Of a stretch of 64,000 bases of DNA, positions 26,201 through 39,226 are shown piece by piece. Positions within the stretch are counted from its first letter, which is position 1. Every line of letters begins with the position of its first letter. The notes under the pieces were generated by a model. It was not told the origin of the DNA, made no database searches, and saw only the letters and a list, made by a program, of their open reading frames with translations. The position numbers and the translations under genes were made by a program. The DNA comes from Chlorokybus atmophyticus (Eukaryota; Plantae; Mesostigma and Chlorokybus algae), in the NCBI GenBank assembly GCA_009103225.1, contig RHPI01002090.1:1225932-1289931 (forward strand), in the 5' to 3' direction.

Positions 26201-26581
26201 GGTCGACGCGCTACGGGGAGACAGAGTGGCCTCCAGAAGGTGGGATAGTGTGTGGGTTGGTGTACGTGTGCGTGCATGTAGTAGAATTACACGTAGCATG
26301 TATATAGTCGTACGCAACATTGAACCTCACACCTGAGTTGCAGCGCAAGCGATGTTGCCGATGCAATGCACCGCGAGCTGCGCGAGAAGCTGTCATTTGC
26401 CGAGGGCGAGCGTGCGCGCGCGGTCAAGTCATGGGAGGCGGAGATTGAGAAGTGCGCCACGCTCGAACGCACCGTCGCGGAGCTGCGAGCGCAGATTGAT
26501 GCCGCCGCGCGCGAAGAGCACGAACGGCACCTCGTGCCCGTCAAGCCACAGACCGAGAAGAAATGCTGCTGCATCATGTGA
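21126..26581 (+). CDS. N-terminal-motor kinesin with long coiled-coil tail and C-terminal CaaX (CCCIM)
   Basis: NVKVALRVRP, FAYGQTGSGKT, GLIPRI, MNERSSRSHAIFTI, KINLVDLAGSER, VPYRESKLTQLL; about 21 exons; Ala/Glu/Arg-rich coiled coil; ends EKKCCCIM-TGA. One intron contains an N gap. Confidence 0.93.
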
Positions 26582-27952
26582 TTGTTGTGTTGTGCTGGGG
26601 TGGAGGGGGGGGGGGGGGGGGGTTTNNNNNNNNNNNNNNNNNNNNNNNNNNNNNNNNNNNNNNNNNNNNNNNNNNNNNNNNNNNNNNNNNNNNNNNNNNN
26701 NNNNNNNNNNNNNNNNNNNNNNNNNNNNNNNNNNNNNNNNNNNNNNNNNNNNNNNNNNNNNNNNNNNNNNNNNNNNNNNNNNNNNNNNNNNNNNNNNNNN
26801 NNNNNNNNNNNNNNNNNNNNNNNNNNNNNNNNNNNNNNNNNNNNNNNNNNNNNNNNNNNNNNNNNNNNNNNNNNNNNNNNNNNNNNNNNNNNNNNNNNNN
26901 NNNNNNNNNNNNNNNNNNNNNNNNNNNNNGGGGGGGGGGGGATTTTGGAATTGTCCATATGCTATATCATACATGCGCATGTCGGTTTGTCCAGTTGTCA
27001 TGTTGAGTCCCGGCTATGTTGCCATCTTTGTTGCATGACTGAGCGGCAAGTGAGCTGCATTCACCTCATCATGCCAGGGAGACACGTGGCTGGGCCTTCG
27101 GGAGCTCATGCGTGCATGTGTGCACAATCTCCCAGACCTGCCTGTCCGTAAGTGTTTGCATGCTGCACTGTAACTTTGCGACCTTTACTTTTGGAAGCTC
27201 GTAAGGCAGTTATGTACATAAATCTCCAAAACTACCTATTGTAGGCATGCAATGTACTTGCATATGTGATAAGTGCAGCACGTTAGTTGTGCACATGCCC
27301 AATGTCACTCAGCAGGCAGCATTCCTCAACACATACCCTCATTCAACCAGCAGCAATACCGGGCATAGCCAACTCAACGACCCGTCTACTACTGCTAGCT
27401 ACCCCACGTGTGTGTAAAGCTAAAGAATGCAACATGCAATGTGCCACACGCACGCGCATGATGGGCACTTTGGTGTCGCAGCTGACATTTACTTGATACA
27501 ATAAGCTTAATAATGGTGTCAACGCATCCCACTGGCACAGGTCAGATGTTGTGGTCCAGAGAACATGTTTATCTGCCATACTCGCATTGCATTCGGCTTC
27601 TTCGCGCCTGAAGGTGAAGGCATGGCAGCAAAGTTAGGGCGCAGCACGAGGTGGCAGCAGTGAGTTGTTAGCAAGCTGGGGGTTTGGGTAGGCACATGGG
27701 TGTCCAGACATCGGCTGCTCCTGCCGTTGTCCAGTGATCAGCTTAGCACAGGGCATTGCTTCATCTGTGCAGCATCCTCCTCACTCGAGTGCAGGTTACG
27801 GTGTGCATATTTGAACTTTGCTTGGCGTCAACCAGGCCAAATGCTGACTGCTGACCAGCAAACCTGCCCATGGGTTGTTTGCACAGTCACGCAACCAGGC
27901 AAGCAAAAGCCAGACTGCAAATCTACACAGGACCACCAAATGTTATTGAGGC

Positions 27953-30204
27953 TCAAGCTACTCTCTGCTGTGCAAGAGTTGCTGCCAAAGAATATGTCCT
28001 GAACGTCAGATTCTCAGTCTTCTCGACAATTTGCTCGTAACTGCACAACAGTACATCAGTCAGCCGACACCAGACCACTTGGACGACACCAAACAAGGCA
28101 CCCCTTACATGTTCGGGTAGGTGGTGCCCATGATCACAGTGCCAGCTTTTGAATCAATCTTCGCATCCAGTCGCGCATTGCGTATGAGGTTCACGACCCA
28201 TCGCTCTGCTGACTCGTGATCCATGTCCAACTTCTCTGCCAACATCCTGCACAAACAGCACAAGGCCACGTGAACAATGGCCGATGCGCCCTAGTGTTGT
28301 AAATTGCAGCATCCACTTCCACTCACTTGATATCGATGCACTGGTGTATCCTGCAGTAAGTCTCGAACACAAAGAGCCGCGCATTCTCCATGAACTCCTC
28401 GCGGTAGCCATTGAGGAAAAAGTCGTTCCTCAACAACTGCGCCACAAAGCACCATGATGATGTCGTAGAAAACCCATGACTTAAAGACGCAGCGCGACGC
28501 AAGAATTCAAACATGCGCAATGTCACCCTGCTCACCTCATCGCATTCCCGCAGTTTCTGCTGTGCACCTTCAAAGTCGTAATCTACAAACAGGCACTCCA
28601 CAAAATCTGTCACTGGATCGCGATAAGAAAAGTGCTCTTGCTGGATCACCCGCACCAGGTCTTTGAGAACATTCCTTTTCCGCTTGTTAATCAAAACCGC
28701 CACCGCCAGATACCTCAACAGGTGGTGTGCGTTCGTCTGAATGGCATTCAAATACCTGAAGGACAATGCTAGTGTCGCTGACAGTTCTGATGGATGTGAC
28801 CAATGCTCACAAGAACTGTGCAAGGCACCGCCCTACCTGTCAGCAAAGAAGAGGTCGATGATGCCATTGCGGCCATTGTCATGGTTGAAAAACACGAACA
28901 AACTCCAGTGCAACAGCCACGTCCTTTGCTGCAACTGGTTTAGCGGAGATGCAAAGTTCTGTGGACATGGACAATGTGGTCAGGGAGGTGGGCCATGTGG
29001 ACCAAAGAATGTCATGCGGTAGCTGCTGCTCAAGAATAAAGCATTTGCACATGCATGCGCATCAACAATAGGAGCTGTCCCTGTACCTTAGCATCAATTG
29101 CCTCCTTCAACCTGTTCATGTCATCCAAAGCGTTGTCCCAGTTGTGCATAAGGATCTCAGCGCCAAACTTGCCCCAGAGTGCGCTAAAACTGGCATCAGG
29201 GTTGTTGCAGAGCGTGCGGTAGTGGTAGAGAAACTCAGCAGCAGCTGAATAGTTACCACAATCGTACTGAAATTTTGCGTTATGGTAGAGCGACTCAATC
29301 TCTTCTGTGCCAATCTGCACACAGGCACGATGATCTCATTCAGCTGCGGGCCACGCACACAGGAGCAAGCAAGAGAGGATGCGCACCTCGTACTGTTCCC
29401 GTAGGAAATGCAAGTTCCACTGCTTGTCTGGTCGCAGCTGCGACACCAGCTGCGGGTTGGACAAGAACTCCACCAGCTTCTTGGCTGCTTCTTGCAATTC
29501 GCCAAGCCGTGCTACGACGGCTGCGCGCTGTTCCTTCATTTCTGCAATGCCACCACAAAGGTGTAACAGTGCTTGCGCGCATGCAGGTTACAGCATTCCC
29601 CATTTGGACGCCACGGTGGCAACCAACTGCTGAGTCTCAGACGTCTTACCTTCGGGAACCTCTTCCGTATTGTGCAGCACTTTGTGAATTTCTGTGGCAA
29701 AGTCAACCATGTTTGTTTTTTGCAGTAGATCCAGCTTGGCTTTCATGATCTCCTCGTCGGGATAGATCTGCGCACATGCAATCAGTACATTGTCATTTTG
29801 AATGCCAGCAGTCAACAGTCACATACTACGACAAGTCGACAATGGTGTGCAACTCAACTGTGAAAGGCAAATCTAGCTTTTACAAGCGCTACCATGCATG
29901 CATGCCAGGTAGCAATGGTTAACATACGTGCTCGTTGTAACCTAGTAGCACTCCAACACATATGCCAAGCATAAATCTTCAACCCAAACTACTACATGAA
30001 CTGTGTTTGACGCAAGACAGCCGCGGGCATGTACTTACTGATGTCAAAGCTGCTGCTAAAGCAAGACTGTGTACACTAATACAACATGCACTGCACACAG
30101 ACAAACAAAATCACCTGCTGCTCCTGTACAAACTCCAGAAGCGGAAACACAAGATGGCGGTCCAGGTACCCGCCAACTGTGTGGGTAAGATCGTACTTCG
30201 CCAT
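27953..30204 (-). CDS. EIF3E: Eukaryotic translation initiation factor 3 subunit E
   Basis: [107 protein letters not shown]. Confidence 0.97.
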
Positions 30205-30346
30205 CGCTCTCCTTCAACCAATGCCGCCTAGCTTAGCGTGTAATACCCTCAACTACACCCCGACGCAGACGTCCAGCCCTGAGGACGATGAGCAGCACCA
30301 CACGGCGGCGGCGGAGGCGGCGGCGGAGGCCACTGTCTCGCCCAGC

Positions 30347-30497
30347 AACCCTAACCCTAAAATTGCATCGCCAACAAACCCTAAAGCGGCGGCCCTGTAC
30401 GTCGCTGCACACTTAATATGTCAGTGACCATCATTTGTTGCGCAGCGTTGTACTGTGGATGGAGGCCAGGTGGCGATTAGGGTTTGGAGATTAGGGT
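30347..30497. promoter_or_regulatory. Telo-box cluster in the eIF3e / gamma-CA bidirectional promoter
   Basis: AACCCTAACCCTAA (30347), AAACCCTA (30376), TAGGGTTT (30478), TTAGGGTT (~30491). Confidence 0.65.
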
Positions 30498-30677
30498 TCG
30501 GTTTGGCCTGGGCGGGCGGTGAGGAGGGCGGTGGTGTGGGCGGCGGCGACGGCGGCGGCGGAGGCCGCGTGCAGGGCATCGCCTGCCCTGCATGTGCATT
30601 GCACCAACGTGAAAAGCTAGCTAGATTGAATAGGGTCCGTTTGTGTGTCTGAGGGGCGGTGTGAGAGCGACGGCGCC

Positions 30678-32120
30678 ATGGCGGGCATCGGCAGGGCGCT
30701 GTACAGTGTGGGGTTCTGGGTGCGGGAGACAGGGCAGGCTCTGGACCGTCTGGGTTGCCGTATGCAAGGAAAATACGCTTTCAAAGAAGAACGTGCGTAC
30801 CCGTATGCTGTTGTTCTAATAACTCGCAGATCTGTAAAAGCCACACTAGAGCTTGATGGAAAAGAACTTGGTTGCAAAACTGATGGGTGACAGGTTAGTC
30901 TGCATGTTCTTCAGTACTGCAATACTGTAGGCATTGTGGTCATTTGTAACTGTTTACAGCAGCGCAGGGTCGCTTCTTGACAAGCACATTGCACTCAACA
31001 CAAATGCACCATGCTTAGTGGCGTGCTGGTTGCTCAAGGCTAGTCATGGTTGCTCTGTATGCAACAGCTCACATGGTTTCAATCATTAGGGCACTTACCG
31101 TTTGTGTTGAATGCGCAATATTCTACTGCGGATCGTTGCTGAGTGCATACATATACGTGCTCATGTCGCACACTGATTGTGTAATTTGCAGTATCACGGC
31201 ATCGAACAATTATGAATCTCTTCGATCAAAAGCCAGTTGTACCCAAAGACGCGTTCGTGGCTCCCAACGCAGCGGTCATTGGCGATGTCAGCATTGGCGC
31301 AAAGTCTTCTGTTTGGTATGGATGCGTGCTGCGAGGTACGCTTGGGTTTTTTGCCTCAGCCCTGAAGTAGGAGTCATACGCAGATCTCCAAATAACGCCA
31401 CTATTCCTTCACACAGGTGATGTAAACAAAATCACAGTTGGCAGCGAATCCAACATACAGGATGGCACTATTGTTCACGTAGCGAAGAACAGCATCGGCG
31501 GGCAGGTTCTGCCCACCATCATTGGCAACAAAGTCACTGTTGGTAAGCACGCTGCTCTTGCTGTTTTGACTGTTGAAGCTTGATGTGTTGGCTTATTCCA
31601 CCCCTTTGTACGTCAGGCCACAATGCCATCCTGCATGCATGCAAGTTGGAGGATGAGAGCTTCGTAGGTATGGGCGCCACAGTATGCGATGGAGCGGTTG
31701 TGGAGAAGGGTGCCATGGTCGCGGCTGGGGCCCTTGTTAAGCCCGGCACACGTGTTCCAACTGGTCAGGTGAGGCCACCTCAGACTGACAGTCACAGACC
31801 AATCCATTTGTATGCTGCCGTCCTGTCGTTTTCAAAGCCCATACTGGTTGCTCTGGACATATTCATTGCAGATTTGGGGCGGCAATCCGGCAAGGTTGCT
31901 GCGAGAGTTGTCATCTGCGGAGTCCGCATTCATTGCCACATCGGCAGAGAAGTATGCAGAGCTCGCTACACGGCATCTTGCTGAGACCAGCAAAAGCTTT
32001 GAGGAGATTGAAGAAGACAAGGCTATCAGAGAAGACAAGTTGGAGCGGGAGGAGGAAGAAGATATTGCCACGGCCATTGAAAGAACTGAGGCCTTGGCAG
32101 AAGCTACCAAGAAAAACTAG
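30678..32120 (+). CDS. GAMMA-CA: Mitochondrial complex I gamma-carbonic anhydrase
   Basis: MAGIGRALYSVGFWVRETGQALDRLGCRMQG, SSVWYGCVLRGD, NIQDGTIVHVAK, TVGHNAILHAC, IWGGNPARLLR; all three Zn-binding His retained. Confidence 0.96.
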
Positions 32121-32675
32121 GAGGGGACACACGTATGGTTGTTGTTGTCAAAGTCACGAATCTGATTCGGCCCGCTGGCTCTAGTTGGTGGTCAATGCCA
32201 CCTATTGTACCGGGTTAGTGCTGAATGATTGGCCTTGCACATGCAGTCAGGCTTGTGTGCACAGCATGTGCTGCAGCAGCTCACGTGCATGGAAGCTTCA
32301 TCGCGCTTATGTGAAACTGGGTCCACATTGGTGTATGGTCGATAGATACCTGTACGCCTGGACCATTATATACAGGTGTGTAATATGTTGGCATCGAGCT
32401 CCGATGCTGAGACACATGAGTGTGACACTGAACGAAGTTAATCTCACAACACAGACTTGGGTTGCATGCCAACGTATGGCTGCAATCAAGCTCTTGCCTC
32501 ACGTGCACAACCATTCAGAGTAATGTTGCATAACTGCATTTGTACGCAGCTTGTCACTTGGGCAGAGTGCCTGGTATGGCTGACATAATGCAGGCTAAGT
32601 ACTGCATAACAACACCCATCACATCATCATCAGGCGATCCTGTCTCGTAATCAAACTAGTGAATGTGCACATAGT

Positions 32676-34704
32676 TTATAAGACAGGAGCAAGCTTCAAC
32701 GCCGTCCACAAAGACTCGAATGTCTTGGAGACTCGTACCAACTCAAATTCTTCAAGTTTGGACAGGGCAGCTGACCTATGCCGGGGCACTTTGAGCCGCA
32801 AGTCCTCGAACTCTGGCAGCATGGAAGGAGGCAATGTCATGTGAAGCTTGAGAACTTCTCTGCTACGCAGTGCTTCATCTCTGCCCGCAGTCAGCTTTTC
32901 TCTTACACCCTTCAACAGACAACAACCATCAACCCTGCAAGCAAACACGTGCGTACGCAGCTTGCCTCAGTAGCTGGTCTGACTCTCACCTTGGCAGAAA
33001 CCTCGTCCAGCCGCGCTAACAAGCTGTCAAGACTGCCAAACTCCTTAATCAAGCGCAGTGCTGTGATGCGACCTACGCCAGCAACGCCTTTTATGTTATC
33101 TGCAGGATCTCCGGCCAACGCTTTCATATCCACGTGCTGCTCAGGCCGCAAACCGTCAAACTCTGCAAGGAAGTCGTCGCGGCAGTAGGATGTGTGTCGA
33201 CCGGAGTAGCGACCCTTCATGGTTTTGAGAACGGTCACATTATCGTCGTCCAACAACTGGTAGAAGTCGCTGTCACTGGACGCGATGTACACGTGGTAAT
33301 TGGGCTTTGCAATGGTGGTGAGGCCTTATCAAAAGTCAGTGTCAGCGCTGCTGCAACATCACCACAACAGCCCACCATGCGAGCACCTTGCATGGAGCAT
33401 ATAAACAAAGCTGATGCTTACTTCCAATGATGTCGTCCGCTTCTATCCCCGGGTACTCCAAGCAGCAGATGTCCATGGCACTCAGTATGTCACGAACATA
33501 TGGTCCAGCTTCATTGACTGAGGTTGGTGACTTTGGGCGATTTGCTTTGTAATCCTTGTAGATACTGTATCGAAAGTTCTTCACTGCACGCAATAAACAC
33601 GCTAAGGATGGACAACATTGGGAGGTCAGGCCTTGCATTGCAAACAATATCAAAATCTTCTTTTGTTGATGCTACTGTACTAAAGCTGAGCGAAAGACAG
33701 GTTCAGCTTACCACTCTCACTTACAGAGGGCTCCAATCCCGACCGTGTTGGGTTCCCACCTGCACAAGTTGAGTACTCAATGCAGGCTAACTCCTGCCTC
33801 CATCGCTGAGACATCGTGATGACTCTTATGCACAAGCAGCAAGCAAGCATGCGTCACCTCCAGCATCAAACACAACCTGCCAGGCACAGCTTGTGTAAAT
33901 GGCAAACTGGCAGTGCTTAACAAGCCTAAGAGAGACCTTATACTACACTGATGCTTACCGCTACATGTGTAGGCTTCAGTTGCAAAAGCGTCAACAACTG
34001 CCAACATGAAGTAATACATTGTTATTTTACACAAAAAAAGGCACTGCACACGCCTCTTCAGCATTGAAACATAAGCACAATCCGCATCAAGCATACGCTG
34101 GACAAGAAGCCGTGGATGACGCTTGTGTTCAAGCCGCTTGTTGTCTGCAGAGCCGGCGCACCTGTAAAGCAGACCCAACATGTAAACCTGGCCATACCTT
34201 GATCACAGAAACATTTGCACACAATGGTAGCGTGTAGCATGCACACCAGAGTGGTAGGTCTTATGCAGGATGTAGCTGGCATCAACCAGAAGCAAGGAGC
34301 CTTCAGGTCCATGAGTTAGTTTTGAGACCGGAACTTGTGGAGCAGCTGCAGGGGCCAACGAGCTGTCGGAGGTGGAAGGTGCAACCTCGAGCGGGACAGC
34401 GAGCTGGGTTTTCTTAGGGCGCGGGGTACGGGCAGCAGCTGAAGCCTGACAAAACCGAACAGGATGCCACCTCTGCGAGACAGCTGCTCATTGATGTTTG
34501 AGGGCTGCATGTTGTGAACCAGACATGCATTCCATGATGTTGCAAGCCAAGCTAGCCAACATTGAGGTGTTGTTCGACCTGTGTGCTGCGTGCGCATGTC
34601 TGGTTGTTGAGCCACAGTTGTTTACTTAAGTATTGAGAATAGGGCTTGGCAGCCCAACATGCTGCAGCCACGTGCCGCAACAGCACGGTTGTCGTGGGCA
34701 GCAT
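32676..34704 (-). CDS. Organellar 5'-3' exonuclease / flap endonuclease (Pol I N-terminal type, OEX-like)
   Basis: LLLVDASYILHKTYH, TSVIHGF, VVFDAG, FRYSIYKDYKANR, GIEADDIIG, IASSDSDFYQLL, H3TH motif LAGDPADNIKGVAGVGRITALRLIKEFGSLDSL. Start at 34704 is inferred from a presequence-like stretch. Confidence 0.9.
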
Positions 34705-35713
34705 GTCGGGTGCAGCGCCAGGCAGCTGTATGTTACACAATCCTTGCTTTGCCAACGCTGTCCTGCATACAGACATAGCTTCTGAGTGCACCGCTGCCTT
34801 CATCGTGCTTCTGCTTTGCTGCCAACATTCGCTCACACCGTCGTTGTACAAAACTGCATGCAATGCTGCAAGCACTAACAACCAGTGGCCCGACCCGCAC
34901 TGCAAACAACAGCATGCCCAGGCACACCTAATGACACGAGACGTGAAGGTGAACACCTGCAAACAGCACCGCAATCTCATGATCCATAGCTAACGAGTAC
35001 TGTGAAGCCCTATTGCTTTAACGAGAGAACACTAGCTTGGCAAACATGTAGGTTATCGAATTCAAGCCAGTAGCTCAAAGATGAACGGTGATCAGTTAAG
35101 TCTGCTTTCCACAACACAGTTACCTTCTTAGTTGCTGTGCCGAGCACCACTTCACACAGTCACCTCATCATACGCAGATGTTTTGATCTGCTTTACGCAG
35201 CGACAGAGTTGCTATATCGCTAAGCCTGCCCACCTCTTCCGCTGTCGCCCACTGTGCATGCGCCATGTCATGTCAGTCCCACACACACGCGCTTGCAACC
35301 TCAGAACTAGGCAATTGCTTGGCGGCACATGCGACGACGTGCACTACACGAACAAAGGCGAGAACAACAACAACAACAACGACAACAACGACAACAACGA
35401 CAACAGGCATGCGTACATCCGCGCTGACACCACGACCGCTGCCGCCTCGATCCACCGCCTGGGCTCCAACTGAGGAGACAAAACATTTTACGATTGTTCT
35501 ACGCTAAGGCATGTGTGGGCGTGAAGTCTGGCTCCGGCGGCAGCGGCAGGCGGTGAAGCAGCTGGTGGCTGCGCACAAGGGAGACGAGCGCAAGGAAGGA
35601 GAGCTGCTTGGGCGTCAGCTGAGCCGGTGTTGGACTAGCTAAGTTTACTCCAACTTAGGCCACGGACCAGTCACTCAGCTTGTTGCGAGCAACGGGAGCG
35701 TTGGGTTTATAAC

Positions 35714-37327
35714 ATGGAGAAGGCGTTGTGCTTAGCCGCCTGCTACTGCTTGAGCTTGCTTGCCGCCGTAACCGCGAGGTGAGTGGGGCAAGTCGGTGGT
35801 CTTGCAAATGGGTGGTAGTTGGTTTGTGTGGCAGGGGCACGCCGTGTGATGCTTCAAACGATGTTGTGCTCGTTGTGGAAGGTTGATTGTTTCGTCCCTA
35901 TAAACATTGCTGTCGACTAGCTGCATTAGCTTCATCCACGCAGCAATGTCGATAGTTTGTGCTTGCTGCCGCCTTCACGAGTTGATTGCATTGTTTTGGC
36001 GTATCTAGAGTTGTGCTTGCGTGCTGCTTTGACTGCTTTTTGAGACTAAGAAAAGCATCGCCTAGAGTAAGTGGATGCAATACATTTGACGTTGTTTGGC
36101 GCTCGCCTGGCAAGACTTGCATAGCATGCTTGCGTGTGGCCAATTTGCTTGTAGTTCAGCATGGCCTTTGCCGGGTTATGAGCACTGCAACCAACATTTT
36201 GACAAAATGTTGGCATTGATGTCCTTCGCATCGAGCAGTTGCACGGGCATGGTTTTGGAAAGCAACTGACCATGCTCCTCGCATAGCGACATTGCAGTGC
36301 CTCAGCAAGCTACAGAGAAAGCCACCAATATTGAAGGCCGCATCGTGCTTCATGGTGAGTCGCGTGCGCCTGCCTTTGGTGGTATGCGGTCAACTGTGCG
36401 CAGTAGTGTGGCGCATGCACCATGACGCAAAGCTGCTTTCTGCGCAGGAACAACGCTTGGACCGTCTGAGGTGCGCTTGCTGCTGAATGGTGGACAGCAA
36501 GTTGCTTACGTCAAGGAAGACGGGTCGTTCACTTTGTATCCAGCACTTTGCCATTTTTGCAATGTGCTTGGCGTTGATCATGCTGCAGCATCCACGTTTG
36601 TGTTGTATGCAGTCGAGTGTGTTTTAGTGTTGCAAGCCTGATCTGTCAAACTTTCAACGCTTGTGAAACCTTGACTGAATGTCAGTCTGAGCATCCCTCC
36701 TGGTACTTACCTGATGGAAGCTGTTGCTATTGGCTATATTTACCCTGCGGTGAGTGTCAACCTGTTGGTTACTTTCTCAGTGCTTTTGGTGGTCATGCAT
36801 GCGGAGCACCTGCTGTTATTGTCGTGTACGACCCCTGCTCACACATTTTGGTGTCACTCAGTTGCGAGTGGATGTAAGTGCGCGGGTGCCCGGCAAGGTG
36901 CAAGTTGCCTACGCAGAAGAACCACAGCGCATTCTATCATACCCAATTGTGTTGGAGCACATCAAACAAATCTCGTTCTTTGAGGTGATACAATGCTGGG
37001 TTTTGCCTGTGACATCCGCCCTGCTTTCAACACGCCTGGTTATGACATGCCTGGTTCCTTGCAGAAAAGGGAAGAGTTCAATCCTGCATCACTGCTGCGC
37101 CAACCAGCTGTCATCATGATGTTGTTGACGCTTGGTGCTGTCTTCCTCATTCCCAAGATGATGGAGAGCATTGGTAAGCAGTGCACTGCCAATTTGCCAA
37201 CCTTTGTTTGCATACTTGAGCCAACACTGTTTTTCGTGCAGACCCGGAAGAGATGAAGAAAGTGCAACAGGATATGGCACAGACGCAAGCGAACAACCCG
37301 CTCTCTCGGTTTTTGACACCGCAGTAG
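35714..37327 (+). CDS. EMC7: ER membrane protein complex subunit 7
   Basis: Signal peptide; VRLLLNGGQQVAYVKEDGSFT, IPPGTYLMEAVAIGYIYP, LRVDVSAR, FFEKREEFNPASLLRQPAVIMMLLTLGAVFLIPKMM, DPEEMK. Confidence 0.9.
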
Positions 37328-39226
37328 GCAGTGTCCAGCGTGTGCCTAGCTAAGAAGTAGCCGTCTCAGTTGTTGCGTTGCAAGGCAGCATCATCAGAGG
37401 TGTGAGTTGGGTCTTGCAGACATGTCATAGCTGTCACAGCATGCAGATGCAGCACTTTGAATTCGTGGGTCGGCAGGCGGNNNNNNNNNNNNNNNNNNNN
37501 NNNNNNNNNNNNNNNNNNNNNNNNNNNNNNNNNNNNNNNNNNNNNNNNNNNNNNNNNNNNNNNNNNNNNNNNNNNNNNNNNNNNNNNNNNNNNNNNNNNN
37601 NNNNNNNNNNNNNNNNNNNNNNNNNNNNNNNNNNNNNNNNNNNNNNNNNNNNNNNNNNNNNNNNNNNNNNNNNNNNNNNNNNNNNNNNNNNNNNNNNNNN
37701 NNNNNNNNNNNNNNNNNNNNNNNNNNNNNNNNNNNNNNNNNNNNNNNNNNNNNNNNNNNNNNNNNNNNNNNNNNNNNNNNNNNNNNNNNNNNNNNNNNGG
37801 GGGGCAGCAAAGAAGCACACATGGTGGGTGGTGAGATGCTTGAGCTTGCACCTTTGTTGTGCCTGGACGGCTGTGCACGCTTTGTGCATGCAATGTAGCA
37901 TTTTGTGGCGTCTCAGCTTTGATTTGATTGATGCTTGCTGATCGCCTCGAGTGACAAGACCGGTCCCCAATCATTGATGTTGGACAATGACGTTGGCATC
38001 AGGGATTGATGTTAAGGGCAACAAGAGGCATGTCTACCAAGTGCTTATGATACACTGCGCACTGCAGATTTACTTGCTTGAAACATAGGCTCAAACTGAT
38101 GTGGTATGGTCTGGTTGCTCATCACAAGTTTCCATGTCCCAGCAGCAATTCGTTGTGATCATGATCATTGAAACCCTTTCTGGTTCGCGTAATGTTCAAT
38201 GTGCGCGAATGTCGTGCATGCTGCTGGTGGTTGTGTCCGGGCCTGACCTTTCTTCTCCCTCCCGCTCTGCAGGCTGACCTGCTGCCTTGCCTGCTGTCCC
38301 ACCCTGCTTGCTACTGCATCGGCTTGAGGGTCTAGGGTCTATTGTGTTGGTGTCGTCATAGGTGTAACTCTGTCTTAGCCCCCATTTGATCTTGTGTTTG
38401 CTTGCTGACTGGCTGGTGCACGGCTCCATATACTATTCTTGGAAGTTTGCTACATGCAGCTCTTGTGTGTTATGTATAAATTCTTGTGTGTTATGTATGA
38501 GTTAACATAACATACCTGATTTTTGACATTTATATCCCTCCTTACATCTTGGAGCCTTTGATGCAAAAGCTTGAATCATCAATAAGTTGTTACGACATCT
38601 GTGGCAATCAATCATCGCAAAAGCTGTCGCGTTTTTCAACCTGCAAAATTCCAGTTAACATCCTATGGACCAAGCAGACTGTAAAGTTTCAGTATGTGTC
38701 GTGTATTGCAATAATCTTTCGCATTGTATTTCACCATGTGGGACAGCTGACTCAGCTGAGATGTTCCACTCTTTCCAGTATGTTAAATCCGGTAACACAT
38801 TCCATTTCTCACGCTGAAAATGAATTGGAAGGAAGTTCCAGCTGCTGACACGCAGGCACAGGTCTGGCGCCAAAACGTTTCCGCAGACGAGACGCGGGCA
38901 ACCGTATCCCGGTCACTCTGCGAGGCACACCCCGCCCCGTACCGCGTTACGCAGCTGATCGCGGGCAGCAGTGTGCAGTAAATCCTACGGCGCCATAAAT
39001 CATCACATCACGACCAAAGTGCTGCAAGCTGCCTCATCTCAGCGGCGGTTGAGCAGCGTCGGCGGCGGAGGTGCTGGTGTGGTAGTTGTTGCGGGGCTTG
39101 TGCTCGTCCGTGGAGTCAGGTTCTGAGGCGTCGTGAGGGCGAGTCTTCTCCGCGCGTTGCGCCGAGGCTTAGCCTGCGAGAGTTTGAGTGCTGCTGCTGC
39201 TTGCTGACCTAGGGCGCCTGCCAGCC

